A stretch of DNA of 64,000 nucleotides from Eledone cirrhosa (GCA_964016885.1 OZ024741.1:62062001-62126000); one strand, 5' to 3'. Counted from the stretch's first letter, positions 41,601 through 55,013 are shown. Translations and numbers: made by a program. Notes: generated by a model not told the origin, from the letters alone.

Positions 41601-43398
41601 TCGAAAAAGTTTTCCCTTCGGTGAAAACCGAAGGGTCGTTGGAGATGACCTCCATTAAAGTTTTGTTTTTACTGTTTATGTATGTGTAATGTTCTTCTTG
41701 TGTTGCGGTGGTTTTTGTCTGTTGTTCTTGTGGGAGCTTTCGTTTTGTTGTAGGTGTTTGTGTTTGGAGTGATGCCGTGATTTTGTTTTCGGGACGGGGG
41801 GGGGTTGTAATGTTTGTGTTGTTTGTGTTGCTGGTTGTATGTTTGTAGTGAAGTTTGTTGTTTTTTGTTCTTGTGGTGTCTTTTCTTCTTTCTTTTTGAA
41901 CGGAGAGGCTCTCCCTCATCGCCACTTGGTGATGATGAGGGGGCCTCGTCCGTTGTGGTGTCTGTGTTATTTGGAAGGGGTATGTTTTGGGGAGCTGTTG
42001 TGTTTTTGGGTGGTTTTGCAGTGGTTTTAGGTGGAGTGGGGTTGGGTGGGATTGTGCTTGCAGGTTGGTTTGTTGTTCTTGTTTTGGTTATGTTTGCGTG
42101 TTGTTGTTGTTGTGGTGGTGGTGGTGGTGATGGTTGTGTTGTTGTTTTGGGTGTTGGCAGTCGTGCCTCTTTTTTTTGTAGTTAACTGAGGACAGTAAGC
42201 CTTCAGGTGACCACTGCTTAAACAGTGGTAACATGAAGGCTGCCTACCCTCAACAGAAATGTTTATGTGTGAAATTCCATCCAGAGGCACACGTTGCGGT
42301 ATTTTAGCTATCCCTTCTGGCCTTATTTGGATCAGAACTTCTATGCTTGTACCATTGAATGTGCCTCTGGAGGACTTTCCCACCGAAATGATGGTGTCTT
42401 CATCGAAATCGATGAAGCCGGTTAAAATCCACCAGACGTTTACATTTGGTGCAATGTTCGAAATTTTTATCTTTTGTGTCCTTTTTCCCATATATGTGGG
42501 GAAAAAGTTGTAAAGGGGGAACACAATAAGCGATACAGAATATGTTTGTGCCGTCAATTGGTCTTTCAACAACACCGAAATGCTTCCAAAAAGTTTCCAT
42601 TTTTGGATGAAGGCAACATCCTTCATGGAATTCTTCAGAACCAGTTTAAAGTGTTTTGGGAACTGGTTTTTTCGACACATTTGAAACCGTCCTAAAAATT
42701 ACTGTTTTTAGAACAGTTTCTCTGCGTAACTGTTGAGGAGAAGTGATGCTGAAAGCACCACTCTCACCAAAAGTTACGTACTGTTTTGCATCGCTTAACA
42801 TTTCCCTAGCATTGGAAATATCAAGGTATGTGAACAGTTCCGTCTTTTGGACGGTTTGAGCAAAGGAAATCTATTCCTTGTTCGTGGAGTTGTTCGTGTT
42901 GCTGTTGTTGTTGGTGGTGTTGTTGTTATCATTGTTGCTGTTGTTGTTCTTGTTGTCATTATTGTTCTTGATGTTTTTGTTCTGGTTGGTGTTGTTTATA
43001 TTTTGCATTTTATTGGTGTTTGTGTTAGTGTTGATGTTACAATCAACGTCCGACATCGTGTTTTCAAAACTGACGACATTTTCGATGTCTTTCAATGAGT
43101 TGGTGAGAGGAGGTGACTGCGAGCTTAACACTCTTACCGCCTTTCCACCACTTCTAGTACTGAACGCAGCGTCCATGACTGAATGCAAGATTTGGTTACA
43201 ATTTTTTCACCGGCGAAATTTTTTCAAAACGGAAATTTCACCCCAGGGAGGGGTGAAGATGACTTAACCCACCGTCTGAAAGTCCAGACGTAGGGTCGAG
43301 CTATAAAATAGTATTAAATTTAACAATAAATTTTTGATTTCTTACTTAGAAAATCAACAAAAACTTACAAGCGAACTGGCACACGTCTCAAGTAATAC
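38669..43398 (-). mobile_element. Tx1-clade LINE copy A (full-length ends, frameshifted, RT core deleted near 39720)
   Basis: ORF1 pieces with CYHCLSSGHLKAYC; APE/RT pieces paralogous to 43743-47147; (GATA)n at 38614-38668 and 43400-43415. Confidence 0.92.
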
Positions 43399-43742
43399 AG
43401 ATAGATAGATAGATATGTTTCTTTTATTTGCCACTAGGGCATCAAAAGTGGGACAAGTACAAAGGGGGGAGTTTACACAAAAAGGCGTCCTCAATAAGGA
43501 GGAGGCAATAACAAAATATAAAAATAAAATAAGATATAACAAAAAATAAAATTTTTAACAAAATCCTCAATAGAGAGGAGGCGCCTTGGGGGGTCGCACC
43601 CCCCCCCCCCAAAAAAAAAAGTGTGCAACCCTTCTCCTCAGGAGCACAGAGAAGGGGTGCTCCCTTGGTCTTTCATCTTCCTCACCTATAGTCTGATGTA
43701 GAGTGAAGGCCCATTCACACGGGCCATTCTCGCCACTTTCAC

Positions 43743-46700
43743 CTATCTTTCATAGAAACGGCTGGGGTGCAGCACCTCTCTCTCCATCCTGATCCTTCTT
43801 CCGAAATGATATCGGAAGAAACGGACCAGTTGTTGGCCAGAAAGAAAGGTGCCTGACCTCAGTCCTTTCAGACGCGTCCACCATACAACCTCTTTTGCCA
43901 TGGCTATTACGCACAGAAACACCGCCTCTGCTTCATCTTTGAAGGGGGGAAGCGGCTTGATCATTACAATAGACTCGGTGGTCAACCGGATCGGTCCCAC
44001 CCTTGACAGCAGTTGTTCGACATAGCCCCACAGATCGGCTGCGCCCGAGCACTGTACCAATGCGTGTGCAACGGTTTCCTCGTCGCACACGCATCTGGGA
44101 CAGATCTTTTTGGCGGGGTCCCTACCCGGGCGCCCGTGTCTGTAGAGCCTTTCTCGAACGGGTAAAGCCCCTCGGTAGCACTGCCAGACCAGGGACTTCT
44201 GGAAGTTGTCCATAGGTCCCGGGCTGAATGTCCTACCGAACAGGCTGGCCAGTTCGTCCTCCTCCATGTCTAGGGCTTCTCCGAGGGCGTCGTCGCACCT
44301 GCTGCGTACCAGCCCTCTATAGAATGTTGCGGTGGAGTCTCCACTGATAACCGGATCCGCCTGCCAGAGGGCGGTGAGCGCCTGGGCACACTCAGTGTGC
44401 CAGGCGCCCACTTTTCTCGGTCTTTGCTTGACCCAGGATTGCAGCTCGGTGAGTGAGACGAGTCTGGGAAAGGTTCGTCTCACAAACGAGGCCCACACCG
44501 GTTGTCCGGTGAGGAATACGTAGAGGTGCCGTAGCCTTAATGCGTGTTTACGCATCATTAGCCACGGCATCCCCAGCCCTCCTTTCGAAGGGTGTTGACA
44601 GCAGATGGATCTCCTCACCATAGGAGCCCGCCTCTTCCAAAGGAATTGGAAGAGCGCGCGCTCCATCTTGGTGAGGGTTTCCCTTGGGCAGGGCACTACG
44701 GTCAGGCGGTAGTAGATGACGGACGCTATGTAGGTGTTCGCCACCTCCGCCCGACCTTTCAGGGATAGTTTGCAACTGGCCCACTTCTGGGTCAGTGCAA
44801 ACACCCTGTTCGTAACCTCCGCCCAGTTTTTCTCCACCTGGAGGTCCGGTCCGAACCAGACCCCGAGCAACTTCACCGGGCCCTCCGTCCAGCGTCCGAC
44901 GACGCCATCGGAGGGCATCGGTCTGCCCCTCCACGTGCCGAGTTGCAAACCGATCGACTTGTCCCGGTTCAGCTTAGCCCCTGTGAACTTTTCGTACTCC
45001 TCCAGTAAGGTGCCGACCGCCTCGATTTCGGAGGCCGTCGACACCATTACTGTCACGTCATCGGCGTAGGCCGACACCGCTTTCCGCAATCCCGGTTCCA
45101 AAGGGATGCCCTGCAACAACTCCAACTTCCGCAGTAGTGGCTCGAGAGTCAACACATACAGAAGGGAGGAGAGAGGGCACCCTTGTCGGATGGACCGCGC
45201 GATTTTGAACGGCTCCGAGAGGTAGCCGTTCACCTTGACCCTAGAGCAGATGCGGCTGCTGTGCATAGCAGTGATCCAGCCCCTGAAAACGGGTCCGAAG
45301 CCTGCCGCCGCTAGCACCGCATCCAGGTAACCATGGTCGACCCTATCGAACGCCTTAGATTGATCCAAGTTGATCAGAGCCCCACCAAAGCCGGGTTCGT
45401 TCCCAACCCTCTCTATGATGTATCGCATGAGGTGGAGGTTGTCATGGATGGACCTGGACGGGATAGCGCATGTCTGCGCATCTCCCACCAGGTTGCCCAC
45501 GAAAAGCGCCAACCTCTTTGCTAGCACCTTGGCCAAAATCTGTAACTCTGTATTTAGCAGTGTTATGGGCCTGAAGTTACTTATTTCGTCCCCCTTGTTC
45601 TCGTCCTTCCTCACTAGCGTGACTACGCCCTTGGTCACAGTACAGGGAATTCTCCCGTTCTGTTGCCAGTTGCAGTAGACCGCCTCGAGGAGATCGGGGA
45701 ACAAGTCCGGCATAGCTAGATATAATTCGTAAGGAAGACCATCGAGACCCGGGGATTTGCGTTTGCCGCATTGGCTCAGCACGTCCTCTATCTCAGTGGC
45801 CGAAATCGGCTCCTCGCAGGACTTCGCCTCCCTGTCCGAGAGGCGCGGCAGGCCGTCGAGGTATGGACCGAAGTCCACGTTCCCAACCGGCTCCCCGCCC
45901 CTCCCGAACAGTCGGGCAAAGTGCCTTTGAAAGGCCTCACACATCTGCTTAGGCTCAAGAATCGCCCGTCCATCCAGGTCTCGCAAAGACCGGATGGTGG
46001 ATTTAGTTCCACTGTTGGCCTCTGTCACGCAGGCCCAGCTAACAGCTTTGGTCCCCTCATTCCCTAGAGCACGTATTTTACTTCGGACAACGCAGCCTTC
46101 GTGCTTCGCGTCGAAAAACTGGCTCAAAGCCGTTCTCGACGCTAGCACTCTGGCCACGTCGCCGCTTCTAATTGCCTCTTCTACTCTATCTATTAGCTCC
46201 CTTTCCTTCCTATTCCTATCCGCAGCTAGAACCTTACTAAATTCTATCGAGACTACTCTAATCTCTCTCTTTAGAGATACCCACCACCTGCTGTTGACGA
46301 TCGCTCCAGTCAACCGTTCCTTAACTAACGTACTAATCCGATTCCTGTAGGCTCTACTTGCCGGCAAGGACAAGTTGAGCTTCCAGTAACCGGGGCCCTG
46401 TCTATGAGTTCTGTCAAGGCTGACCATGCAGGTCACTAATTTGTGGTCTGAATAGCCAACCATGCGCATTTTTGGACAACTTAAAAAGTCCTTATCCTTA
46501 ATTCTAACTAAGAACCTATCTAGGTACGACCTAGATGATCCGCTACGATTTGCCCAAGTCCAGGTTGGCGCAGTCGGAAAATCTAGTCGATATCTATCGG
46601 CCAGGTCAAATCGACCGATTAACCCTTTGAGGCTATTACACCCCTCTCTATCGGGGCAGGCCCCTACGTAGTCCCAGTGTGCATCTAGGATACCATTCCA

Positions 46701-47123
46701 GTCCCCCACTAATAGCAAGGAGCGGGACGTCCCTAGAAAAGTCTCCAGACGATGGAAGAAGTCCGGCCGCATTGACCCGAAAGGGCCGTAGGCGGCTACC
46801 ATCCTAAACGCTCCGCCTTTACCACTGCCAAGGTCCAGAACCACTAGTCGACCCTCCGGGTCCAGATGTACCATCTGTGTTGCGAGACCCAGATGTTTTT
46901 GCAGCAGAACGACAACTCCACCCCCACCTCCGGGCTGACAGAGAGATGCGTGCATCTCAAAGTCATCAAAGGTGGGGGCCAGCTGTCGCACGTTGCTGAT
47001 CCGGGCCTCGCAAATAACCATCACATCTATACGTTGTGACCTGAGGTCATTTAGAAGCATTGCTTGCTTCCAAGTTGAGCCCAGGCCACGCGCATTTAAA
47101 CAGCCTACTCTTAGCATAGCCAT
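43743..47123 (-). CDS. Tx1/L1-type ORF2: AP endonuclease, reverse transcriptase and C-terminal CCHC
   Basis: CLNARGL, GDWN, SYLDRF, YSDH; KSPGLDGL, FRPITLLN, LDQSKAFDRV, RQGCPLS, AYADD; CPRC..ETVAHALVQC. Likely ATG at 47123. A TGG-to-TAG change appears to cut the last about 19 aa relative to copies A and C. Confidence 0.95.
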   Translation of the reverse strand: MAMLRVGCLNARGLGSTWKQAMLLNDLRSQRIDVMVICEARISNVRQLAPTFDDFEMHASLCQPGGGGGVVVLLQKHLGLATQMVHLDPEGRLVVLDLGSGKGGAFRMVAAYGPFGSMRPDFFHRLETFLGTSRSLLLVGDWNGILDAHWDYVGACPDREGCNSLKGLIGRFDLADRYRLDFPTAPTWTWANRSGSSRSYLDRFLVRIKDKDFLSCPKMRMVGYSDHKLVTCMVSLDRTHRQGPGYWKLNLSLPASRAYRNRISTLVKERLTGAIVNSRWWVSLKREIRVVSIEFSKVLAADRNRKERELIDRVEEAIRSGDVARVLASRTALSQFFDAKHEGCVVRSKIRALGNEGTKAVSWACVTEANSGTKSTIRSLRDLDGRAILEPKQMCEAFQRHFARLFGRGGEPVGNVDFGPYLDGLPRLSDREAKSCEEPISATEIEDVLSQCGKRKSPGLDGLPYELYLAMPDLFPDLLEAVYCNWQQNGRIPCTVTKGVVTLVRKDENKGDEISNFRPITLLNTELQILAKVLAKRLALFVGNLVGDAQTCAIPSRSIHDNLHLMRYIIERVGNEPGFGGALINLDQSKAFDRVDHGYLDAVLAAAGFGPVFRGWITAMHSSRICSRVKVNGYLSEPFKIARSIRQGCPLSSLLYVLTLEPLLRKLELLQGIPLEPGLRKAVSAYADDVTVMVSTASEIEAVGTLLEEYEKFTGAKLNRDKSIGLQLGTWRGRPMPSDGVVGRWTEGPVKLLGVWFGPDLQVEKNWAEVTNRVFALTQKWASCKLSLKGRAEVANTYIASVIYYRLTVVPCPRETLTKMERALFQFLWKRRAPMVRRSICCQHPSKGGLGMPWLMMRKHALRLRHLYVFLTGQPVWASFVRRTFPRLVSLTELQSWVKQRPRKVGAWHTECAQALTALWQADPVISGDSTATFYRGLVRSRCDDALGEALDMEEDELASLFGRTFSPGPMDNFQKSLVWQCYRGALPVRERLYRHGRPGRDPAKKICPRCVCDEETVAHALVQCSGAADLWGYVEQLLSRVGPIRLTTESIVMIKPLPPFKDEAEAVFLCVIAMAKEVVWWTRLKGLRSGTFLSGQQLVRFFRYHFGRRIRMEREVLHPSRFYER

Positions 47124-47188
47124 GTTGGTGGTGAAGAGAAAAGGCACTTACCTCTCTGCGTCCCGGGTATCGGGCTGCACAATTTCCA

Positions 47189-48941
47189 TTAGGGTGGGGG
47201 ATGGGTTGTTGGGTGGGGTGGTGGTTTGTGGAAGTGTGGGGGCATCAGTGTGTTGTGTGGTTGGGGAGCTTGGAGTTGTGTGGGTGTTTGGGGAGGGGTG
47301 GGATAGTTTTTTAGGAGGACGCGGTTAATGGGCCCGACGCAGGGGGGACCCACGTCCTCTTTAAAATTGTTTTTTACAGTTTTATAGGTGTCCTGTGGGG
47401 CCTTAATCATTTTGAGGTGGGGGAAATCCCCTGCCTGGGTGAAGTTAGGCCCTTGTGTTTTTATTAGATTGTTGTTGTACACAATGTTTAACAGTTTTTT
47501 GTTTCTTGTATTTATGTATGTGTATGCATGTTTTTGTTTTTGTGTGGTGTTTTTTGTTTGCTGTTGTTGTGAGCTCTTTTGTGTTGGTGTCAGTGTTATG
47601 TTTTGGGGAGGGTTTTTTTTCATTTGTGTGTCTGAGGTGTGTTTTCTTTTTTTTCTTTTGATTGTGTGGAAGTGCTCCTCCTCGTCTGACGACGAACTAG
47701 GGTCATCTTCCGCGTTGGAGGGGAGGGGGTATATTTTCGGGTTGTGTTTGCGGTACGGGTGTTTTGGAAATTGTTTTTGTTTTTTGAGTGGAGGGGATGG
47801 GTTGGACATTGTTTTGTTTTGGTTTGAGCTGTGGTGGTTGTTTTTGTAGTGGTAGTTGTGGTGATTGTGTTGGTTGTGCAGTTGTTGGTGGTGTAGGCAG
47901 GATTGGGGTTTTCTTATTAAGTTGGGGACAGACAGCCCTCAGGTGACCTCTGGTTCCGCAGAGGTAACACGAGGGCCGTCTACCCTCAACGGTAATGTTG
48001 ATGAAGGTTAGATCATCCAGTATGACGCGTTCAGGGATCTGGGCGATCCTTTCGGGCCTCATTTGAACTACAAGTTCGAGGCTCGTTCCACTGAACGCGT
48101 CACCCGATGCCTTTCCCATGGACACCAGCATGTCATCCTCCAGGTCCAGAAAACCTGTCAAAATCCACCATATGTCCATAATCGGCAGGATGGTGTGGAT
48201 TTTTATTTTTTGTGTTCTTCTACCCATGTACGTAGGGTAGAAGGTGTATGCGATGGATGTGATTGGTTTGATGGACAGTTTCACTGCTGTGTCCCTGTCC
48301 TTCATGAGAATGGATAGACTCCCGTAGAGTCTATCCTTCTGAATGAAGGTGATGTCCTTCATGACGTCTTTTAAAACCAGCTCTATCTCGCTCTGTGATG
48401 GTTGAGCTGGTTTTTTACTTTTGTTCGAGATTGTCCTAAACATGACCGTGTTTAGGAGTCTCTGGCTTTTTAGTTCCGGGGGGGAATGGATTGTGAATGA
48501 ACCATTTTCCCCGTACACTATATATTTTTTCGCATCCGCCAGTAGCTCCTTCGCTTTTGTTATATCTACTGGCAGATAGTCGAGGGTTTTCCTTGTCGTC
48601 TCGGCGAAGGAGAAATTTTGTTTGTTTGTGTTGTTGTTGTCGTTGGTGGTGTTGTTGTTATCATTGTTGTTGTTGTCACCGTTATTGGTCTTGTTGTTGT
48701 TGTTATTGTTATTGTTATTGGTGTTGTTTTCGTCCGTCGCATTGTTGTTGTTGTTGCTGTTGCTGCTGGTTCTTCGGGTTGTTGCCATGGCAACGTCAAG
48801 TTGTCGGTTAACAGGTGGAGAGAATTCTTCCTCTGGCTGACCTTTCTTCTTGACCTCTGCTACTGTGACGGTGGCAGGGGGAAGCTGTAAGTTCATCTTC
48901 CCCTTTCCTCCTTCGAATTTTGGTGAAGAAGCTTCGGCCAT
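47189..48941 (-). pseudogene. Tx1 ORF1 (zinc knuckle), split by one frameshift
   Basis: 47703-48941 has CYLCGTRGHLRAVC. The C-terminus continues in 47189-47809 and is homologous to 41476-41925. Confidence 0.82.
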
Positions 48942-49228
48942 TTAAAAAAATATTGACTTTTCAACAAGAAAAAACTTTTTTTTTTTTGTTTAACTATTTC
49001 GCCTAAAGGCGTAGAATATTTTGAGAGACTGACCAGATCAAAGTTTGACCTGGCAGTCCCTCTACAAAATGGTACAAAAATTAAAGTTATCAGACAAGAA
49101 TTTCTATAGAAATTTAAACAGAACTTACTCAGCAAGTTATACGCGTGTGTCCATCCCAGAGATAGATAGATAGATAGATAGATAGAGAGATAGAGAGATA
49201 GAGAGATAGAGAGATAGATAGATAGATC

Positions 49229-49268
<40 letters not shown>

Positions 49269-49269
<1 letters not shown>

Positions 49270-49802
49270 ATTTCTTTATTAGCCACAAGGGCACAGAAGA
49301 AGGGGACAAATACAAATGGGGAGTTTACATACAGGTATATGAAAATAAAACTATTAATACAATAACAAATAACAATTGAAATCCCCAATAGGGGCAGGTG
49401 TTACACAGGGGTTGTACACACCCCGAAAAAATGTACAACCCTCATCTCCAGGAGCACCAAGAGTGAGTACTCCCTTCCTCTCTTCCTCTTTTCCTCAACC
49501 TACAGGCTTATATAGAGAGAAGGCCCGACCACTCGGACCATCTTTGCCACATTCACCCACCTTTTATAAAATTTGCTGGGGTACAGCACCTCTCTCTCCA
49601 TCCTGATTCTTCTTCCAAAATGATACTTGAAAAAACGAATCAGTTCCTCGCCGGAGAGAAAGGTGTCTGACCTGAGCCCTTTTAACCTCGTCCACCATAT
49701 AACCTTTTTCACCATAGCCATAACACATAGGAAAACCGCCTCTCCCTCGTTTTTGAAGGAGGGTGGCGGTTTGATCATGACAATGGACTCGGTGGTCAAC
49801 TG
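49269..49802 (-). mobile_element. Tx1-clade LINE copy C, 5'-truncated
   Basis: ORF 49500-49799 matches the ORF2 C-terminus; (GATA)n on both sides. Confidence 0.92.
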
Positions 49803-49875
<73 letters not shown>

Positions 49876-50122
49876 CTAGATAGATTTCAAAACAAGCTTG
49901 TAAGCGAGTACTAATATTAAAGGAAGGTTACTCTTATTAGATATATTACGAATGCTTTCCCTTGGAGTTTTAAATCTGTATAAAAGTGAACAAACACATT
50001 TATATAATCTCAGCTGACGACTTACACAAAGTGAGAGAGAAAGATTGGCCGAGAGAGAGAGAGAGAGAGAAAAGAAGAAGAGAGAGAGAAGAAGAGAGAG
50101 AAGAGAGATAAGGGGGGGGGGG

Positions 50123-50410
50123 GAGAAACATTTTTTCACGGTCAGAGTTGCAGATGAATGGAACAATCTATCTGCATCAGTTGTTAGTTTTCGTGACACT
50201 GCATCCGTCAAAACTTCAATGCTTCCCGGAATTTGCCAAAACTACACCAGATACTCCCCTCCCTATGCATGTGTGTGAGTGTCTGTATGTATATCATGAC
50301 TCATACATCGATCACTTTCCTGACATTTGTACATTATTCTATGTACTATACATGCACATTTGATGAGTTGTAGTGCACATGAGCACTGTACACAATCATT
50401 TTCATTATCA
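50123..50410 (+). mobile_element. CR1 3'-end fragment
   Basis: KHFFTVRVADEWNNL plus a 3' UTR matching the reverse complement of 55780-56030. Confidence 0.85.
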
Positions 50411-50659
50411 AAGAAGAAGCGTCTACTTTATTTATCTATGTCGACAGGATGAACAGTAATGTTTGCCAGGACAGAGAACCAGAACGAACACAGCAAAATA
50501 TTCTCTCCGACATTCTAACGACTTACTACCTAAAAATATATGAATTTTTAGTTATCAACTCTCATGATTTTATCTGTCTCGTGTAGACAGGTTGGTTCTA
50601 TAGATGGGTTTCTGTGTTTTGTGGTTCGTTGACGTTGTCGGAGAGATATGATGCGACAC

Positions 50660-50900
50660 TCAAATTTTCAAATGGTGACAGTCTATGTCACTGTTTATGT
50701 GGACATTTCCGGTGCTGGTTAGAACTTTTCGGGTTTTAACATCAATGGCTTGGATCTTATATAGCGTCCGGACAAGAAGTCCAAATGTTGGTGCCAGCCC
50801 AAGCACAATAAACACATTGTCGGCCATTAATTTACTGTGTACAGAGTTCAGAAGACCATATTTTCTTATTCGGGTGTTATACTCTTTGGTTACTCGCTTG
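50660..50900 (-). mobile_element. R4/Dong-like fragment
   Basis: Similar to 13710-13790 (GTCTATGTCACTGTT.ATGTGGA). Confidence 0.55.
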
Positions 50901-50999
50901 TTTTTCTTCTCCTAGCTGGACTGCTTGCCAAGGTTAACGACCTTCATCTGGCCCCATGAGGCAGGTGGTGCTGGGTTAGATAGAACCAGTAGCAGGAAA

Positions 51000-52620
51000 A
51001 AACAGAAAAACAAGGAAAACCTGACCTGGGTGTAACAGATATATACATGGTAATGGATGGCCGTTAACTTACATGAATTGCTCCGCCGTGTTTGCTATTA
51101 GTACACACATTACATTAGTCCAGAGATACCTACTTAGGCTTACTCTCGAATTATCTCGAGGAGTTTGAAGGGGAGACACAGGAAGGGAGACTTGTCTGTA
51201 GCTCTTTAGATCATCTGCAGGTTTATTTGGTTTTGGAAGGACAATGACAGTAGCATTCTGCCAGGTGTTCGTTATGGTTTGGTTGGTAAAGCTTCAAAAG
51301 TAGAACTCTCTGAGCCATTCCTGGCATCTTGGCGTGGTGTGTATCAACAATTCTAGCGGGGTGTTGTCGAGCGCTTGGCCTTACTGCTCTTGAGTTAACA
51401 TATGGCTAAGGCTTGATCAACTTGCGAAAAAAAAAGAAAAACCGGTAGAAATCCATCCACATGTTGGTCGTTTCTTGAAAGGGCCGTTTGATTGTTCAGC
51501 AATAGAGTTAACTGACACTCGACATATAAATTTAGAACTGCTACCAGCATGGTGTTTGTCTGTCTTCCAGGCAATCCTGCTGGAGTTGGTACAATCTATC
51601 CTTTGGACCGTTTCCCCCCCAAAGCTCTTGTCGTTTCCTTTCAAGGCAATCTGTCACGTCTGATACCTTTGTGGATGCATCTTCCCATATTCAGCGTGCA
51701 GAAGCTCGCCAGAGAGAGAATCAGATTCCTCGTCCCAGGGATGAATGTAGCCTCGACGAAAGTCATGTGGAATGGAATTCTTTGCTGTTTTGATGAGAAA
51801 TTTACTGAAAGTTGACTAGGTGTGATTAAGTGTAGAGGGATTAGATATAAGAAAACTCGACACTTCAGCATCTACCAGATATGCAAATTTTCCCAGCTGG
51901 CCTTGCGGAAATTCCATCGTTTAATTGGTTTGGTTGGATAGGTTCGATATAGACAGTGGAATGATCAGGGAAAGCCTGTGGTTTGACTTTGGAAAGGGGT
52001 TCAGAATCATGCGATGCAGGGATGGGGCTTTCAGATGTGCGAATATGAGGTCATAATTTGGGGACTTATTCAATCTGCCTGAATGTAAGTTGTCCGGTTG
52101 CTTAGATTTGAACAGCAGTTGCAGTTCAGCTGTTGAGAACCAGTTCTCTAGTGTAATTCCATCTGAAATAATGTTTATGTAGCCCCACGTGTGGCTCTGC
52201 CTGCTGAAATCGCCATCATATATGCAGGGTGTGTAAAAGACAGAGAAGATTTGTCTGAAATCTAGATGAGGGGAGTTTGTAGACATTCATTACACTAACC
52301 TCTTTAATTTTCGTTACCACCTACTCCACAGTTTAGTAGATAACGGCTGTATTTCTGACATCGGTGACACTCACATGGATGTCTCTTGCAGTGTGTGCAG
52401 GGATTTTCAGTCAAGATATATCAGTCGTATGTATCACTTGAAGGAGAACTGTTAAGACCTTATTTGTTGGTAGAAGGTGTTTAATGATTACACTTTGGCT
52501 TTGGTAAGTCCTTCAAAATTCAGTTGTAGCGCAGTGATGCCATCCAGTAAGACATTGTGTGATGACTGCCATAAAGATGGCACAAGTTCCGCGTCGATAT
52601 CAGGCTGCAGTTGTCGAAGA
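51000..52620 (-). mobile_element. Decayed APE-type LINE, Ingi/Vingi-like
   Basis: Minus strand reads LQLNFEGLTKAKV (APE motif I), GDFSRQSHTWGY, PNYDLIF and FPKSNHR. Clade assignment is tentative. Confidence 0.6.
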
Positions 52621-52731
52621 TGTATTACAAAATGTTTACAAAATTCACGGATAAATATAGTATTATATGATGTTGATGATGATGATCGAAATCAGAGATC
52701 ACTGAACAGTTTCCTAGGTATGTTCGTTTGA

Positions 52732-52841
<110 letters not shown>

Positions 52842-52852
52842 ATGTATGTATG

Positions 52853-52911
<59 letters not shown>

Positions 52912-53739
52912 ATGTATGTATGTATGTATATATATACATATATTATAACACTCATTTTCAAAACCGATGCTGTTCCATTGACATGAACGAATGTTAAGTT
53001 TAATTAATTCAATTATTATTGATTTTAATTGGAAATTTTCAGGCATGGCATTCCTCAAGGATTTCCTCATTATCGGGAACCAAATAACCACCACTCCAGA
53101 TAAATTATATACTAAATTTTATAACGTTTTCTTTCGTAACGTTATTCTTTTATTCTTTATGTTTTCTTGGTCACCAACTTTATTTAGTCAATCATATCGG
53201 TCACAATACCGTTTTTATATATTCAATTCTGGTACGTATTTTATGGATCTCATTTTGTTGAACAATATATATACATTTTGATGACGAGTGTTATAATTGT
53301 TCAATCAGCGAAAAGAATGCCCATTTAATCAACGTATAAGTGACTGAGCATTCAATAACCACCTGTACCCTTAACAACAACCTCAGGAAGATAGTGAGTA
53401 ACACGGTGTTTCTGAATTACACGTAGTCATGAATGATAGCCCGCACCCAAAGATGGGCTTCCAAACTATCTCCGTCTCACCAATTTCACTCGGAATCTAA
53501 TAATTCTGATACAAATATCTTAACCGTTGATCCATCTTGAGTAAATTCGATCGTTTAAATATTTATGAGTCGACTCTGACAGTAAAAGTAAACCAGCTAA
53601 AAAATTCAAGGGAGATAACTCCCACAAATTAGCTTTGGATTATGTCCCTTGATAAGTTGCGATGATTTCAAACGTGAGTGTATGTCATACACACACATAT
53701 ACGTAAATACATACATACACACGCACATATATATGTAAA

Positions 53740-54058
53740 CAGCTGTCCCCGATTATCGCCGAGGTTACGTTCCTAGATCACCCACGAATAGTGAAAAACC
53801 ATGAATATTGGGCTCGGACCATAAACCTCAAAATATAAAGTAAAATATAATAAATAAAGAAGGAGCGTTTTATGCCAATGGGCGTCCAATAGGCCGGCAA
53901 ATACGGTATATTGTTATTTGTAATTTAGCGTTAAAAATATATATTGCTACAAGAAAAGCCATAAAAGAATCGCGGAAGTTATTTACGATACCGCGAATAT
54001 GCGGAGGTTCTAAGGATTATCCCGCGAATAACTGGGACTGCGAATGCCGGCGGTTCAC

Positions 54059-54060
<2 letters not shown>
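53740..54060. mobile_element. Tigger/pogo-like MITE
   Basis: Starts CAGCTGTCCCCGATTATCGCCGAGGTTACGTTCC, has repeated CCGCGAATA, ends GGTTCACTG. Confidence 0.55.
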
Positions 54061-54147
<87 letters not shown>

Positions 54148-54185
54148 GTTTATTATCTGCGCTAGCAAACGTTTCAACGTTTAGT

Positions 54186-54236
54186 TCTTGTCTGATGACC
54201 CGGCATGCGAGCAAGGGAAACTCCACGATAACAAGA
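54186..54236 (+). ncRNA. Hammerhead-like motif (family B) in an about 175-bp element between (TA)n tracts
   Basis: TCTTGT CTGATGA CC...GG GAAA CTCCACGATA|ACAAGA; stem I is perfect, stems II and III are imperfect. Confidence 0.55.
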
Positions 54237-54317
54237 CTGACTAATTAGCCATAATAAATTGATATTTAATTTCCACTTTGGTATTGAGTACTTTTTGCCC
54301 TCGTCCATCAACTACAT

Positions 54318-54686
<369 letters not shown>

Positions 54687-55013
54687 TATATATTTATATA
54701 TATTTATATATATTTATATATATATATATTTAATACATTAACAGAGAAAGCTTTAAGCAATACTCCGACCGACTTCCGTCTCACTCAACAAACATTAGGA
54801 TATACCATAGTATAATCACAATTATACGTTTGGGGTGTTAACTATACGTATTTTGCGGATAGCCAGTTGTATTATTTTATATGAGACATAATTAATATAT
54901 ATTGACTTGAGGGCGGCCGACCGGGGTAGAAGCTGCTAAATGTCGGTCGCCCTCCTGTCTCTGATTTTCAGGCCCATGAATTTTGTCTATTATATTCCTT
55001 TGTTATATTTCGA

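Larger units (their letters stand above)
43416..49158 (-). mobile_element. Tx1-clade LINE copy B, near-intact
   Basis: ORF1 and ORF2 present; bounded by (GATA)n at 43400-43415 and 49159-49268. Confidence 0.95.

Noticed and set aside
47703-47850. Programmed frameshift in Tx1 ORF1 (both long copies break after the zinc knuckle)
   Set aside because: Breaks lie in indel-prone low-complexity sequence and copy A has many other lesions
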